Origin: Pseudomonadales bacterium
GTDB taxonomy: Bacteria > Pseudomonadota > Gammaproteobacteria > Pseudomonadales > JAHRWD01
Reading direction: 5' to 3'
Assembly: GCA_016763075.1 (NCBI GenBank)
Contig: JAESUM010000030.1
Location: forward strand, 4,994-68,993
DNA: 64,000 nt
Shown here: piece after piece, positions 1-9,376 of the stretch
Layout: every line of letters begins with the position of its first letter
How positions within the stretch are numbered: position 1 is the stretch's first letter
Program-made: the position numbers and the translations under genes
The notes under the pieces: generated by a model
What the model saw: the letters and a program-made list of their open reading frames with translations, nothing else
What the model was told of the DNA's origin: nothing
Databases searched by the model: none

Positions 1-488
1 TTGCTGAGACCTATCGTATTGAAGAAGATGCTCTTCATTCTATGAAGGGGCATTTCAATGCAGGTAGCCTTTGGTCTAAGGCTCATCTCTTATTAGGGTT
101 GCCGAGTGCTGTTCTTGCTGCTTGGGCTGGCATAGAAGCGTTTTCTGATAATCCAGAAATGACGGCAATATTGGCACTTCTAGCAGCAGCTCTAACATCG
201 ACAATGACTTTCTTAAGCCCTCAACAAGTCGCAGACAATCATAAAAACTCAGGTCGGGAATATAACATTCTTAAAAATCGTGTTAGACGTTTTAGAGAGA
301 TAGACCTTCTTCAATTAGAAGATGATGCCATCACAAAAACTATTACAGAGCTTGCTGGAAAAAGAGATGCACTTAATTCCATGAGTCCTGATATCCCAAG
401 ATGGGCGTATGAAAAAGCAAAAAAAGATATTGACGCAGGGAGAGCAGATTACAACATCGACAAGGAGGTAAGCGATGACAGTAAATAG
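1..488 (+). CDS. SLATT-like two-transmembrane effector protein (5' end possibly cut by the window edge)
   Basis: ORF 42..488, but the frame stays open back to nt 3. Two hydrophobic helices (LLLGLPSAVLAAWAGIEAF; MTAILALLAAALTSTMTFL) are followed by a charged helical tail (HKNSGREYNILKNRVRRFRE). The ORF overlaps the downstream nucleotidyltransferase by 14 nt. Confidence 0.6.
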   Translation, partial: AETYRIEEDALHSMKGHFNAGSLWSKAHLLLGLPSAVLAAWAGIEAFSDNPEMTAILALLAAALTSTMTFLSPQQVADNHKNSGREYNILKNRVRRFREIDLLQLEDDAITKTITELAGKRDALNSMSPDIPRWAYEKAKKDIDAGRADYNIDKEVSDDSK

Positions 489-1311
489 TTATGTAACAAA
501 TTTGGCGGGGAGCGCCATTATAAGGGATACAGAGAAGCAGAGTATCCAGCGCTCTATAACCACTATTCAGTCTCGATTGAATAGTTATTTTGGCGGAGAC
601 CTAGCGCAACATTTACTCTTTGGATCATATACCCGTGGAACGATACTTCCAAGAAGTATGGATCAGCATTCTGATATTGATTATATGGTGGTGTTTAATG
701 ATTCAAATTATCAGCCACAAACCTACTTGGATAAACTCAATCGTTTTGTTAATGCCTATTACAGTAGCTCTGAAATATCTCAAGAAAATCCAACAATTGT
801 GTTGTCGTTAAACCATATTAAATTTGAGCTAGTACCTGCCATTAGCACATGGTTTAGTGGGTTGAAGATACCAGCCAAGGCATCCGCCTTTAATAGCTGG
901 ATAGAAACTGATCCAAATGACTTTAACCAAACGTTGGTCAATGCAAATCAAGCAAATAATAATATGATCAAGCCAATGGTCAGATTAGTAAAATATTGGA
1001 ATGCAAAAAACAATTATGTTTTTGAATCCTACGAGTTGGAAAAAATGCTTACAGAAAAATCATACTGGCATATTGGTGGTTTGCTTGGTAGTGGTGGTCA
1101 GCTCAAGGATTATTTTCTTGATGCTATGGAGTCGCTTGATGTTGGTTGGAATGCTGCGCAGTACAAAAAAGATGCCGTTAATCGAGCACACCAACTAGTA
1201 AAGGAGGTTGAATATTATCAACAAAGAAATATGGAAGCTCAGGCTGAGCAAAAAATTAAAAGATTGCTTCCACCGATAACTGCTTCATTAGGTTTATTAG
1301 GGAACTATTGA
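475..1311 (+). CDS. SMODS / CD-NTase-like nucleotidyltransferase (pol-beta fold)
   Basis: Contains the motif LFGSYTRGTILPRSMDQHSDIDYMVVF (G-S ... D-x-D) and a third acidic position in HIKFELVPA. These are followed by the helical segment WIETDPNDF...MVRLVKYWN typical of this family. The gene is translationally coupled to the 2TM gene. Confidence 0.7.
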   Translation: MTVNSYVTNLAGSAIIRDTEKQSIQRSITTIQSRLNSYFGGDLAQHLLFGSYTRGTILPRSMDQHSDIDYMVVFNDSNYQPQTYLDKLNRFVNAYYSSSEISQENPTIVLSLNHIKFELVPAISTWFSGLKIPAKASAFNSWIETDPNDFNQTLVNANQANNNMIKPMVRLVKYWNAKNNYVFESYELEKMLTEKSYWHIGGLLGSGGQLKDYFLDAMESLDVGWNAAQYKKDAVNRAHQLVKEVEYYQQRNMEAQAEQKIKRLLPPITASLGLLGNY

Positions 1312-1351
1312 TTTAATTATTTTCACCAACCGTACAGATAGGAGACATATT

Positions 1352-1582
1352 ATGCCCAAGAGAGATACACATAGAGTAATGCCCCACAAAGATGGTGGCT
1401 GGCAAGTTAAGCGAGATGGCACTTCAAAAGCCAGTGACAAGACTAGCACCAAAGCGGAAGCTGAGAAAATTGGTAGAGGTATTAGTAAAAACCAAGGTAC
1501 TGAACTTCAAATTCATGGAAAGGACATGAAGATACAGCGTTCGGATAGCCATGGTAATGACCCATATCCACCGAAGGGTTAG
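1352..1582 (+). CDS. Small DUF2188-like protein
   Basis: 76 aa with the pattern HRVMPHKDGGWQVKRDGTSKASDKTSTKAEAEKIGRGISKNQGTELQIHGKDMKIQ, matching my memory of DUF2188. AGGAG-type RBS (ataggagac) upstream. Confidence 0.55.
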   Translation: MPKRDTHRVMPHKDGGWQVKRDGTSKASDKTSTKAEAEKIGRGISKNQGTELQIHGKDMKIQRSDSHGNDPYPPKG

Positions 1583-1832
1583 AACTGTATGCTTAGATAC
1601 TTCGCTAGATTTCAACGACATAAAAAAACTAATATTCAGGGGGATGTTCAGCCATTGCTACCCCTTGCCGTAAAAATAAAGTCTTTGATAAACAATAAGA
1701 TACGTTTTTTTAGTTCTTTTTTGTTGAATTCTTCTGTGTTTTCTTCGTATACTGTATGTAACACAGCCACCACGCCTCTTAATAATGCGCAACCTTGGTG
1801 GCTTTTTTATGCCTGCCGTCTGGGGGTGCTCA

Positions 1833-2738
1833 ATGCCTGAGACCTACCAGAAACCTGCTCTTACCTTTAGCGATCAGTTGGCGTTGCTTCAAACACGCGG
1901 TTTGATTATCAATGACCCCGCCCATGCATTAACACAGCTTAGCACGATCAGCTATTACCGCCTGAGTGCCTATTGGTATCCGTTTCGTATTAGGGATGAA
2001 CATGGAAATGTCACCAATGATTTCATTGCAGACACGAGCTTTGATGATGTCATAAACCTGTATGAATTTGATCGCCAATTGCGCTCGCTTGTCACTGATG
2101 CAATTGAACGTGTTGAAGTCTATATCCGTACCTTAATCACCTATCATCTTGGTCATACGTATGGGGCTTTTGGTCATACTGATCCTGCGAATTTTCATCC
2201 GAATTTTAGACATGCTCAGTGGCTTACAAAGCTTGAAGTAGAAGCAGGTCGTTCCAGTGATGCGTTTATTACGCATTACAAAAACAAATATGCAGGATTC
2301 CCAACATTACCCATTTGGGTGATAACTGAGGTAATGTCATTAGGTAGCTTATCATTTTGCTACAAAGGACTAATGCATACTGACAAAAAAGCCATTTCAG
2401 GCAAACTCAATATACATCATAAGCGCTTGGCGGATTGGCTTCATAAGCTTACCTATATACGCAACGTATGCGCCCATCATAGCCGATTGTGGAATAGAGA
2501 GTTGTCTATTCGCCCTGAAAGTTCCAGAGCGCCAGAGTGGAATCCACCCGTTACACCACGTAATGACAGAATATTTTATATCTTATTGATGTTACGTTAT
2601 TTACTTAAAACAACAAATAATGGCGATAGCTGGTGCCAGCAATGTAACGAATTATTAGAGCCTCTTGCTCAAAATGGTAAGTTGCGTGCGGCAATGGGAA
2701 TGCCCGACAATTGGAAGGAGCACCCATTATGGAAGTAA
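1833..2738 (+). CDS. Abi_2 family abortive-infection protein (AbiD/AbiF-like)
   Basis: The N-terminus MPETYQKPALTFSDQLALLQTRGL...ISYYRLSAYWYPF and the internal RNVCAHHSRLWNR are hallmark Abi_2 motifs. I chose the internal ATG at 1833 (GGGGG 6 nt upstream) rather than the track start at 1785. Confidence 0.8.
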   Translation: MPETYQKPALTFSDQLALLQTRGLIINDPAHALTQLSTISYYRLSAYWYPFRIRDEHGNVTNDFIADTSFDDVINLYEFDRQLRSLVTDAIERVEVYIRTLITYHLGHTYGAFGHTDPANFHPNFRHAQWLTKLEVEAGRSSDAFITHYKNKYAGFPTLPIWVITEVMSLGSLSFCYKGLMHTDKKAISGKLNIHHKRLADWLHKLTYIRNVCAHHSRLWNRELSIRPESSRAPEWNPPVTPRNDRIFYILLMLRYLLKTTNNGDSWCQQCNELLEPLAQNGKLRAAMGMPDNWKEHPLWK

Positions 2739-5700
2739 CTCTCCCTAAGTTTCAAGAAGAGTACAGCGCGAAGATTCCAGCATTAACGCTACTTCATAAT
2801 CTTGGCTGGACTTTCTTATCACCTGAGCAGGCTTTATCTGCACGTAATGGCAAGACTAGTGAAGTAGTTTTTCGTGAAGTACTGAGAGAAGAGCTTCGTA
2901 AACGCCGTTTTACCTTTGCAGGGAAAGAAAGGAAATTTTCTGAAAATGCAATTGATAACGTTATTGCCGAACTTTGTTCGCCTGCATTAAATGAAGGGCT
3001 GGGTGTTGCGAATGAGAGAATATATAACCACCTGCTTTATGGTATATCGGTCAAAGAGTTTATAGACGGCAAGAAGGTCAATCCAACAATCCAGATTATT
3101 GACTGGGATAATGTTGATAATAATAGCTTCCTCTTCACAGAAGAGCTGAGTGTTTTAAGAACAGGCGAAGTGGAATCACGCAGACCAGATATTGTCTGTT
3201 TTGTGAATGGACTCCCGTTTGCTGTGATTGAGGCAAAACGACCTGATGGGCATTCTAAGAAAGGCCCAACAATTGACGAAGGTATATCCCAGAATATTCG
3301 CAATCAACGTAATGATGAGATTCCTCATTTATTTGCCTACTCCCAGCTTCTTTTTTCAATCAATGGGGCTGATGGTCGTTACAGCACACAAGGCACGCCG
3401 TTTAAGTTTTGGGCACCATGGCGGGAAGAAGATATTTCTGAGGGAGCATTTTACAGTCTGAAGAATAAGGTACTGAGTTCTGATGCAAAAGATAGTTTGT
3501 TTTCACATCGACCTAAGCAGGATCGTGAATGGTACGAAAACCTGATAGCAGGTGGTGAGCTTGCCGTCACTGAACAAGACAAGCTTCTCATAAGCCTTCT
3601 GTCTCCTGCACGCCTGATTGAAATGGCAAGATACTTTGTCCTGTTTGATAAGAAAATTGGGAAAGTAGCTGCACGTTATCAGCAGGTATTTGGCATCAAG
3701 CGTTTAATAGATCGAATAGAGACCAAAGATAAAAAGGGAGCAAGACAAGGTGGTGTAATTTGGCATACCACTGGTTCAGGTAAGTCTTTCACCATGGTCT
3801 TTTTATCAAAAGCGTTAATCTTGCATAGTGCGTTGAAGCAATGCCGTATTGTGGTGGTGACTGATCGTGTTGATCTGGAAAGCCAGTTAAGCACAACCTT
3901 TAGCACAGGCGGTGAGCTTGCCAGCAAGAAAGATAAGGCGGCAGCCTTAGCAACGTCAGGTAGAAGACTAGCCGAGCAAATATCTAAAGGTAAAGAGCGA
4001 ATAATATTTTCTATCATTAATAAGTTTGCTGTTGCCGCTAAAATGCCTGAGTGCCACAACCCAAGTTCAGACATTATCGTTCTCATTGACGAAGGGCATA
4101 GAAGTCAAGGTGGTGAAAACGCCATTCGTATGCGTAATGCGCTTCCTAATGCTGCTTTTATTGCTTTTACAGGAACACCACTTTTAAAAGATGATAAAAC
4201 AGAGAATAAATTTGGCCCGATTGTTCACGCCTATACGATGCAAAGAGCGGTTGAAGATAAAGCCGTTACACCTTTACTTTATGAAGAGCGTATTCCTGAT
4301 CTTGATGTGAATGAACGAGCAATTGATAGCTGGTTTGACCGTATCACTGAAGGCTTAACGGAAGAGCAGAAAACCGATCTAAAAAAGAAATTCGCCAAAA
4401 AAGGTCATCTATATCAATCCGAAGATCGAATTCGCTTGATTGCTTATGATATTGCTAATCATTTTGTGAAGAATATTGATGATGGGCTAAAGGGACAGAT
4501 TGCTTGTGATAGTAAATTATCAGCCATTAAATATAAGCAGTTTATGGATGAGCTTGGTTTGTTTGAATCTGCCGTTGTTATGTCTGCACCTGATACCAGA
4601 GAAGGCAATACAGATGTTGATGAAGCCAGTACCCCTGAGATAGCGAAATGGTGGAAAGAGAATGTTGGCTCACAAGATGAGAAGAGCTATACCAAGGAGA
4701 TTGTTAAACGATTTGAGGAAGATGATGATCTTAAAATACTCATTGTCGTTGATAAATTACTCACTGGATTTGATGAACCGAGGAACACAGTTCTTTATAT
4801 TGATAAACCTCTTAAAGAACACAACCTGATTCAGGCTATTGCGCGTGTTAATCGTTTGCACGAGAAAAAGAAATTTGGGTTGCTTATAGATTATCGGGGT
4901 ATTTTGGCAGAACTGGATACCACAATAGCCAAATATCAGGATTTAGCTAACCGTACTCAGGGTGGTTTTGATATCAATGACCTTGAAGGTCTCTACCAGC
5001 AAATGAGCACTGAGTATAAAAAGCTTCCGCTTTTATACAATGATCTGCTGGCAATATTTAAAGACGTAAAAAACAAAGGTGATATTGAACAGCTTCGTCA
5101 GGTCATCGTGCCAAAAGTTCAAGAGCGAAATGGCGAAATGGTTGATGTTAATTTGAAGGTGCGTGAAGACTTCTATGATCGATTAAGTGAGTTTGCTAAT
5201 TGTTTAAAAGTGGCTTTGCAGTCAGCCAGCTTTTATGAAGATAAAAGCTTTACCGAACAAGATCGAAAACACTACAAGGAAACTGTCAAGCAATACAGTT
5301 CCTTGCGCCAGCTTGCAAAATCTGATGCAGGGGAAACAGTTGATTACGATGAGTATTCAGAGCGGGTTAAAAAGCTTATGGATAAGCACGTTGTCGGTGT
5401 AGAAATTAAAGAGCCAGATGGTGTTTATGAAGTTGGCAAGATGGGTGAAAAATCTGACCCAAAGGACTGGTCAGAAGACAAAACCAGAAATGAAACAGAT
5501 ATCATCAAAACTCGTATTACGCGAATGATAGAGCAAAGCCTTCGTGATGACCCTTATGCCCAAGAAGTGTTTTCTAAACTGCTCAAGCGGGTCATAGAGG
5601 AAGCAGAAACGTTATTCGATCACCCGTTAAAGCAGTACATGCTTTTCAAAGAGTTTGAAGAAAAGGTTGAGAAACGTGAAGTTGATGATTTACCAGATAA

Positions 5701-6010
5701 GTTTGCAGACAATAAACATGCCCAAGCTTATTACGGCGTTTTAAAAATATATGTTGGAGAGAACTTGTCTTCTATAGATGAGGAATTATCTGATCGATGG
5801 GTAGGGCTTTCTTTTAAAGTCGATGAAATCATTACCAATGCGATAGCAGAGCATTCAATCAATCCTCAAAATATTGAATCTGAAATCAGGAAAAAGCTTC
5901 TTCCTATGATCTTTGGTGAGTGTAAAAAGGTAGGTTCTGGAATGGATCAAGCCAAGGCAATGATTGAGAAAGTTGTTCAGATCGTGCGTGTGGGGTTGAA
6001 TCCCGCATGA
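2729..6010 (+). CDS. hsdR: Type I restriction enzyme R subunit (HsdR family)
   Basis: N-terminal PD-(D/E)xK nuclease (RRPDIVCFVNGLPFAVIEAKRP). SF2 helicase motifs TGSGKSFT, VLIDEGHRSQ, FTGTPL and LLTGFDEP...QAIARVNR. About 1093 aa. The ATG at 2729 lies inside the last 10 nt of the Abi gene, and GGAAGGAG lies upstream. Confidence 0.9.
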   Translation: MEVTLPKFQEEYSAKIPALTLLHNLGWTFLSPEQALSARNGKTSEVVFREVLREELRKRRFTFAGKERKFSENAIDNVIAELCSPALNEGLGVANERIYNHLLYGISVKEFIDGKKVNPTIQIIDWDNVDNNSFLFTEELSVLRTGEVESRRPDIVCFVNGLPFAVIEAKRPDGHSKKGPTIDEGISQNIRNQRNDEIPHLFAYSQLLFSINGADGRYSTQGTPFKFWAPWREEDISEGAFYSLKNKVLSSDAKDSLFSHRPKQDREWYENLIAGGELAVTEQDKLLISLLSPARLIEMARYFVLFDKKIGKVAARYQQVFGIKRLIDRIETKDKKGARQGGVIWHTTGSGKSFTMVFLSKALILHSALKQCRIVVVTDRVDLESQLSTTFSTGGELASKKDKAAALATSGRRLAEQISKGKERIIFSIINKFAVAAKMPECHNPSSDIIVLIDEGHRSQGGENAIRMRNALPNAAFIAFTGTPLLKDDKTENKFGPIVHAYTMQRAVEDKAVTPLLYEERIPDLDVNERAIDSWFDRITEGLTEEQKTDLKKKFAKKGHLYQSEDRIRLIAYDIANHFVKNIDDGLKGQIACDSKLSAIKYKQFMDELGLFESAVVMSAPDTREGNTDVDEASTPEIAKWWKENVGSQDEKSYTKEIVKRFEEDDDLKILIVVDKLLTGFDEPRNTVLYIDKPLKEHNLIQAIARVNRLHEKKKFGLLIDYRGILAELDTTIAKYQDLANRTQGGFDINDLEGLYQQMSTEYKKLPLLYNDLLAIFKDVKNKGDIEQLRQVIVPKVQERNGEMVDVNLKVREDFYDRLSEFANCLKVALQSASFYEDKSFTEQDRKHYKETVKQYSSLRQLAKSDAGETVDYDEYSERVKKLMDKHVVGVEIKEPDGVYEVGKMGEKSDPKDWSEDKTRNETDIIKTRITRMIEQSLRDDPYAQEVFSKLLKRVIEEAETLFDHPLKQYMLFKEFEEKVEKREVDDLPDKFADNKHAQAYYGVLKIYVGENLSSIDEELSDRWVGLSFKVDEIITNAIAEHSINPQNIESEIRKKLLPMIFGECKKVGSGMDQAKAMIEKVVQIVRVGLNPA

Positions 6011-6756
6011 GCAATCTAGCAACAGAAGAGAATGGCTCAATTCAATATGGAGATACATTTATAAATTTTTCTATTGAGCCTAGAGCAACGGATATACCTA
6101 AAGTCTTAATAAAAGTACATCCTGATTGTCGTGTTGTAGCACTTGCCCCGCCAATGGCATCTTATGGAGAGATTTTGCAGGCAGTGAAAAAGAGAGCGCG
6201 TTGGGTTTGTAAGCAAATGCGCTACTTTGACCAAAAGCGTGAAAATATTCTCCCTCGTCACTATGTCAGTGGTGAAAGCCATTTCTATCTTGGGCGCAGA
6301 CACATGTTAAAAGTGAGAAATGATTCCCCTAGTTCAACTAATGTAAAATTGTTACGAGGTGTATTGGAAGTTCAGGGGCGAAAATTAAATCCTGATAAAA
6401 CAAAATCCCTGCTTTTAGACTGGTATAGAGTTCGCGCAAGAGAGGTGTTTGATCGTAGGTTGGACGAAGTTGTTTCAAAAACATTATGGGTAAATGAAAA
6501 ACCGTCTATTCGACTTCTTTCTATGCAGACACAATGGGGAAGTTGTTCACCAACAGGACAATTGACGCTTAACCCTCATTTGGTGAAAGCGCCAAGAGAG
6601 TGTATAGATTATGTACTGCTTCATGAGCTTTGCCATATAGCAGAACACAACCATAGTGAACGGTTTTATCGACTAATGAAGCAAGCCATGCCTCATTGGG
6701 AAAAGGTTAAAGAACGCCTTGATGGTATGGCGTACTTTTATTTGAATGATGTGTAG
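6007..6756 (+). CDS. YgjP-like M48/DUF45 zinc metallohydrolase
   Basis: Carries WGSCSP...LN and HELCHIAEHNHSERF (HExxH). There is a 4-nt ATGA overlap with hsdR. This family commonly follows hsdR genes. Confidence 0.8.
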   Translation: MSNLATEENGSIQYGDTFINFSIEPRATDIPKVLIKVHPDCRVVALAPPMASYGEILQAVKKRARWVCKQMRYFDQKRENILPRHYVSGESHFYLGRRHMLKVRNDSPSSTNVKLLRGVLEVQGRKLNPDKTKSLLLDWYRVRAREVFDRRLDEVVSKTLWVNEKPSIRLLSMQTQWGSCSPTGQLTLNPHLVKAPRECIDYVLLHELCHIAEHNHSERFYRLMKQAMPHWEKVKERLDGMAYFYLNDV

Positions 6757-6801
6757 GAATTTTTGTTAATAAATTAAAATATTGTAATTGAGGTGTAGGT
6801 A

Positions 6802-8559
6802 ATGTGGTCAGATTCTGAATCAAATTTAGACTATTTAAATTTTTCTGAAATAGCAGAATCTGTTGTAGATATTATTAATACACCAGAAATGCTTCCTATC
6901 TCCATTGGCATATTTGGTGATTGGGGAGCAGGTAAGTCTACTATTTTAAAGTTGACGGAGACTGAACTAAAAAGCCAAGAAAAGAACTATATGCACATTT
7001 GTTTTGATGCGTGGCTTTATCAGGGATACGACGATGCGAGAGCATCGATATTAGAGGCAATCGCAGAGGCTTTAGTAAAAGAGGTTGAAGACAATGCAGG
7101 GTTGCTAATAAAGGCCAAATCTCTGGCTAAACGCGTTAACAAAATTCGAGCGTTAGGTCTTGCCATTGATGTTGGAGCAGCAGCTTTTGGAATTCCAACA
7201 GGAGGAGCTGTCGGTAAAGCTTTTAGTTTTGCTGATGACGCAATTTCGTCAGATGATGCTGATGGAGAACAATTGCTTCAAGATGGTGCTGAGCATCTTA
7301 AAAAATTAACTGGTAAGACCAAAGGGCTAATACGAGAGAAAGAAATAAAATCTCCGCCTCAAGAAATTTCAGAGTTTAGAAAAGAGTATAGCGAGCTACT
7401 AAATGAAATTAAACGTCCGCTGGTTGTTTATATTGATAATTTAGATAGATGCACGCCACTTAATGCTATTCATACGCTGGAAGCAATACGCTTATTTTTG
7501 TTTTTGCCAAATACTGCTTTTGTAATTGCAGCTGATGAGGAAATGATTCGCTCGGCTGTTAGGGAATATCATAAGGGAGCTAATGAACGTCACCAGACCG
7601 ATTATTTAGATAAATTAATACAAGTCCCAATTAAAGTTCCAAAACCAGGGGCTTTAGAAGTCAGGGCATATTTATTTATGCTCTTAGCTTCTGATTTGGG
7701 TATTGGAGACGGAAACCTAAAAACTCTTCAAGGGTCGTTGTCTCAATCATTAAGAAACTCTTGGAAGGAAAAGCCCATATCAGTAGCCAATTTAATGTCA
7801 GAGCTTACAATTTCTGAGCCAAAAATTGTAAGTCAATTGGAAGAGGCTCTCAATGTTGCTGAACGTATCACGCCTTTGTTATCAGGGTCTTCTCGTATTA
7901 ATGGTAATCCACGAATTGTTAAGCGTTTATTGAATGTAATAAAAATGCGGAAGCGTGTTGCAGATCGGAGAGACATGAACCTTGATGAGTCATTAATTAC
8001 TAAATTAGTTATCTTTGAACGTTGCGCTAGTCCAAATGCAACCATGGAGCTATATAGGCAAATAGATGAAGGTAATGGTTATTCTAATATTTTGAAAAAG
8101 TTGGAAGTGGATAGCAATGAAGAGAAACTACCCGAAGTATGGGAACATGACAAAAAATTTATTAGCGAATGGATAAAACTTCTACCTTTGTTAAGCGGCA
8201 TTGACCTGCGAGCTGCCGCGTATTTAAGTCGAGAGACAATGCCATTAAGTATTGTTTCTAACACTATGTCATCTGTGGCGAAAGAACTTGTTGAAATTCT
8301 CTTGGCTGTGAAATCTAGAAATAGTCCAAAAGCTATTACAGAAATAGATAACATTCCTCAACCAGATTATCTATCGGTAATGGAGGCACTCGTTAGCTCA
8401 TTTAGGACATGCTCTGATTGGAGCAAACGTCCAACAGGATTTGACGGTGCTTTAATATTGACTAACAAAGATAGTGAGTGCAAAGATTACTTGCTTAAGT
8501 TTTTACATACTATCCCTAAACAAAGATGGCTTGTGCCAGTATTGAAGGAGTTGAATTAG
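6802..8559 (+). CDS. qatA: KAP-family P-loop NTPase, QatA-like
   Basis: Walker A IGIFGDWGAGKST and Walker B VVYIDNLDRC. 585 aa. First gene of a tightly packed four-gene Qat-type operon. Confidence 0.75.
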   Translation: MWSDSESNLDYLNFSEIAESVVDIINTPEMLPISIGIFGDWGAGKSTILKLTETELKSQEKNYMHICFDAWLYQGYDDARASILEAIAEALVKEVEDNAGLLIKAKSLAKRVNKIRALGLAIDVGAAAFGIPTGGAVGKAFSFADDAISSDDADGEQLLQDGAEHLKKLTGKTKGLIREKEIKSPPQEISEFRKEYSELLNEIKRPLVVYIDNLDRCTPLNAIHTLEAIRLFLFLPNTAFVIAADEEMIRSAVREYHKGANERHQTDYLDKLIQVPIKVPKPGALEVRAYLFMLLASDLGIGDGNLKTLQGSLSQSLRNSWKEKPISVANLMSELTISEPKIVSQLEEALNVAERITPLLSGSSRINGNPRIVKRLLNVIKMRKRVADRRDMNLDESLITKLVIFERCASPNATMELYRQIDEGNGYSNILKKLEVDSNEEKLPEVWEHDKKFISEWIKLLPLLSGIDLRAAAYLSRETMPLSIVSNTMSSVAKELVEILLAVKSRNSPKAITEIDNIPQPDYLSVMEALVSSFRTCSDWSKRPTGFDGALILTNKDSECKDYLLKFLHTIPKQRWLVPVLKELN

Positions 8560-8560
8560 T

Positions 8561-9376
8561 ATGGGTACATCAATGTCGAGTAAAGGCCCTAATGGAAAAA
8601 ACCCACTAGTGCCGCCTTGGGCTGAAGAGGGCGATAGCGTGGTGATTTCTGGTGGAGGTGATGATGGTGCTGATTTGGAAGTAAATAACGCCGATGTGCC
8701 AACTGTGCCAAAAGGGATGCCATCTTCAACAAGGTTTAAATCTGCTAGGCAAGCCTTCGGGGAGTACGCTAAAAGCGGAAGTAGAAGTGATCTAAAAAAA
8801 TCTCTGGGACATTACTCAAGAAACTCGACAGGTAAAGGTGGCGGTGCCGCAAAACGATTAGCAAGTGGTATTACCGCTGGTACTGGTTTATTTGGGCTAT
8901 TAGGTGGAAATTCAGTTAACACGGTTTCAGGTAACTTAGCGTTATCTGATTTGTCTGGTTTGTCCACAGATCAGGCCATAGATAAAATTGTTACTCATTT
9001 AACCCCTAATTCTGCTGATGCCGATCTTGTTAGAACCTCGATGAATTATGCATTAAGTGAGGCATTACAAGAATCAGAGCATATTGATGATTTTGTGTTT
9101 ACACCTGATTTGATGGGTGAAGTATTTTCTTTCTATATAACAGACTTGGTTTTTCAGCAGGTTTTATTAGATATGGGGAGTGCGTGGTTCAAGGTGGAAA
9201 CTGCCATTAGGCAAATAACCATGGAAAATGAGCTTAGGGAATTAATCAGTGTGGTTGTTGACGGGGCACTCGAAAAAATATCTGGTGGGGATTTATCCAA
9301 TATTACTCAATCTCAGATTTCACAGGTTCAAATCTCGGCAATAAATCAAACAATAACAGAGTGGGAGGCATATTAG
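8561..9376 (+). CDS. qatB: QatB-like protein (no recognisable domain)
   Basis: 271 aa, starting 1 nt after the qatA stop. The N-terminal third is Gly/Ser-rich and the C-terminal part looks helical. The call rests on its position between the KAP NTPase and the QueC-like gene. Confidence 0.6.
   Translation: MGTSMSSKGPNGKNPLVPPWAEEGDSVVISGGGDDGADLEVNNADVPTVPKGMPSSTRFKSARQAFGEYAKSGSRSDLKKSLGHYSRNSTGKGGGAAKRLASGITAGTGLFGLLGGNSVNTVSGNLALSDLSGLSTDQAIDKIVTHLTPNSADADLVRTSMNYALSEALQESEHIDDFVFTPDLMGEVFSFYITDLVFQQVLLDMGSAWFKVETAIRQITMENELRELISVVVDGALEKISGGDLSNITQSQISQVQISAINQTITEWEAY

Noticed and set aside
1589-1840. An 83-aa ORF in the gap between the DUF2188 gene and the Abi gene, together with a GCCACCA...TGGTGGC-TTTTTT hairpin (~1763-1808).
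   Set aside because: The ORF translation is non-protein-like (AT-rich, Phe/Ser/Asn runs). The hairpin loop (~23 nt) is too long for me to call a terminator with confidence. I treat the region as a promoter/spacer.
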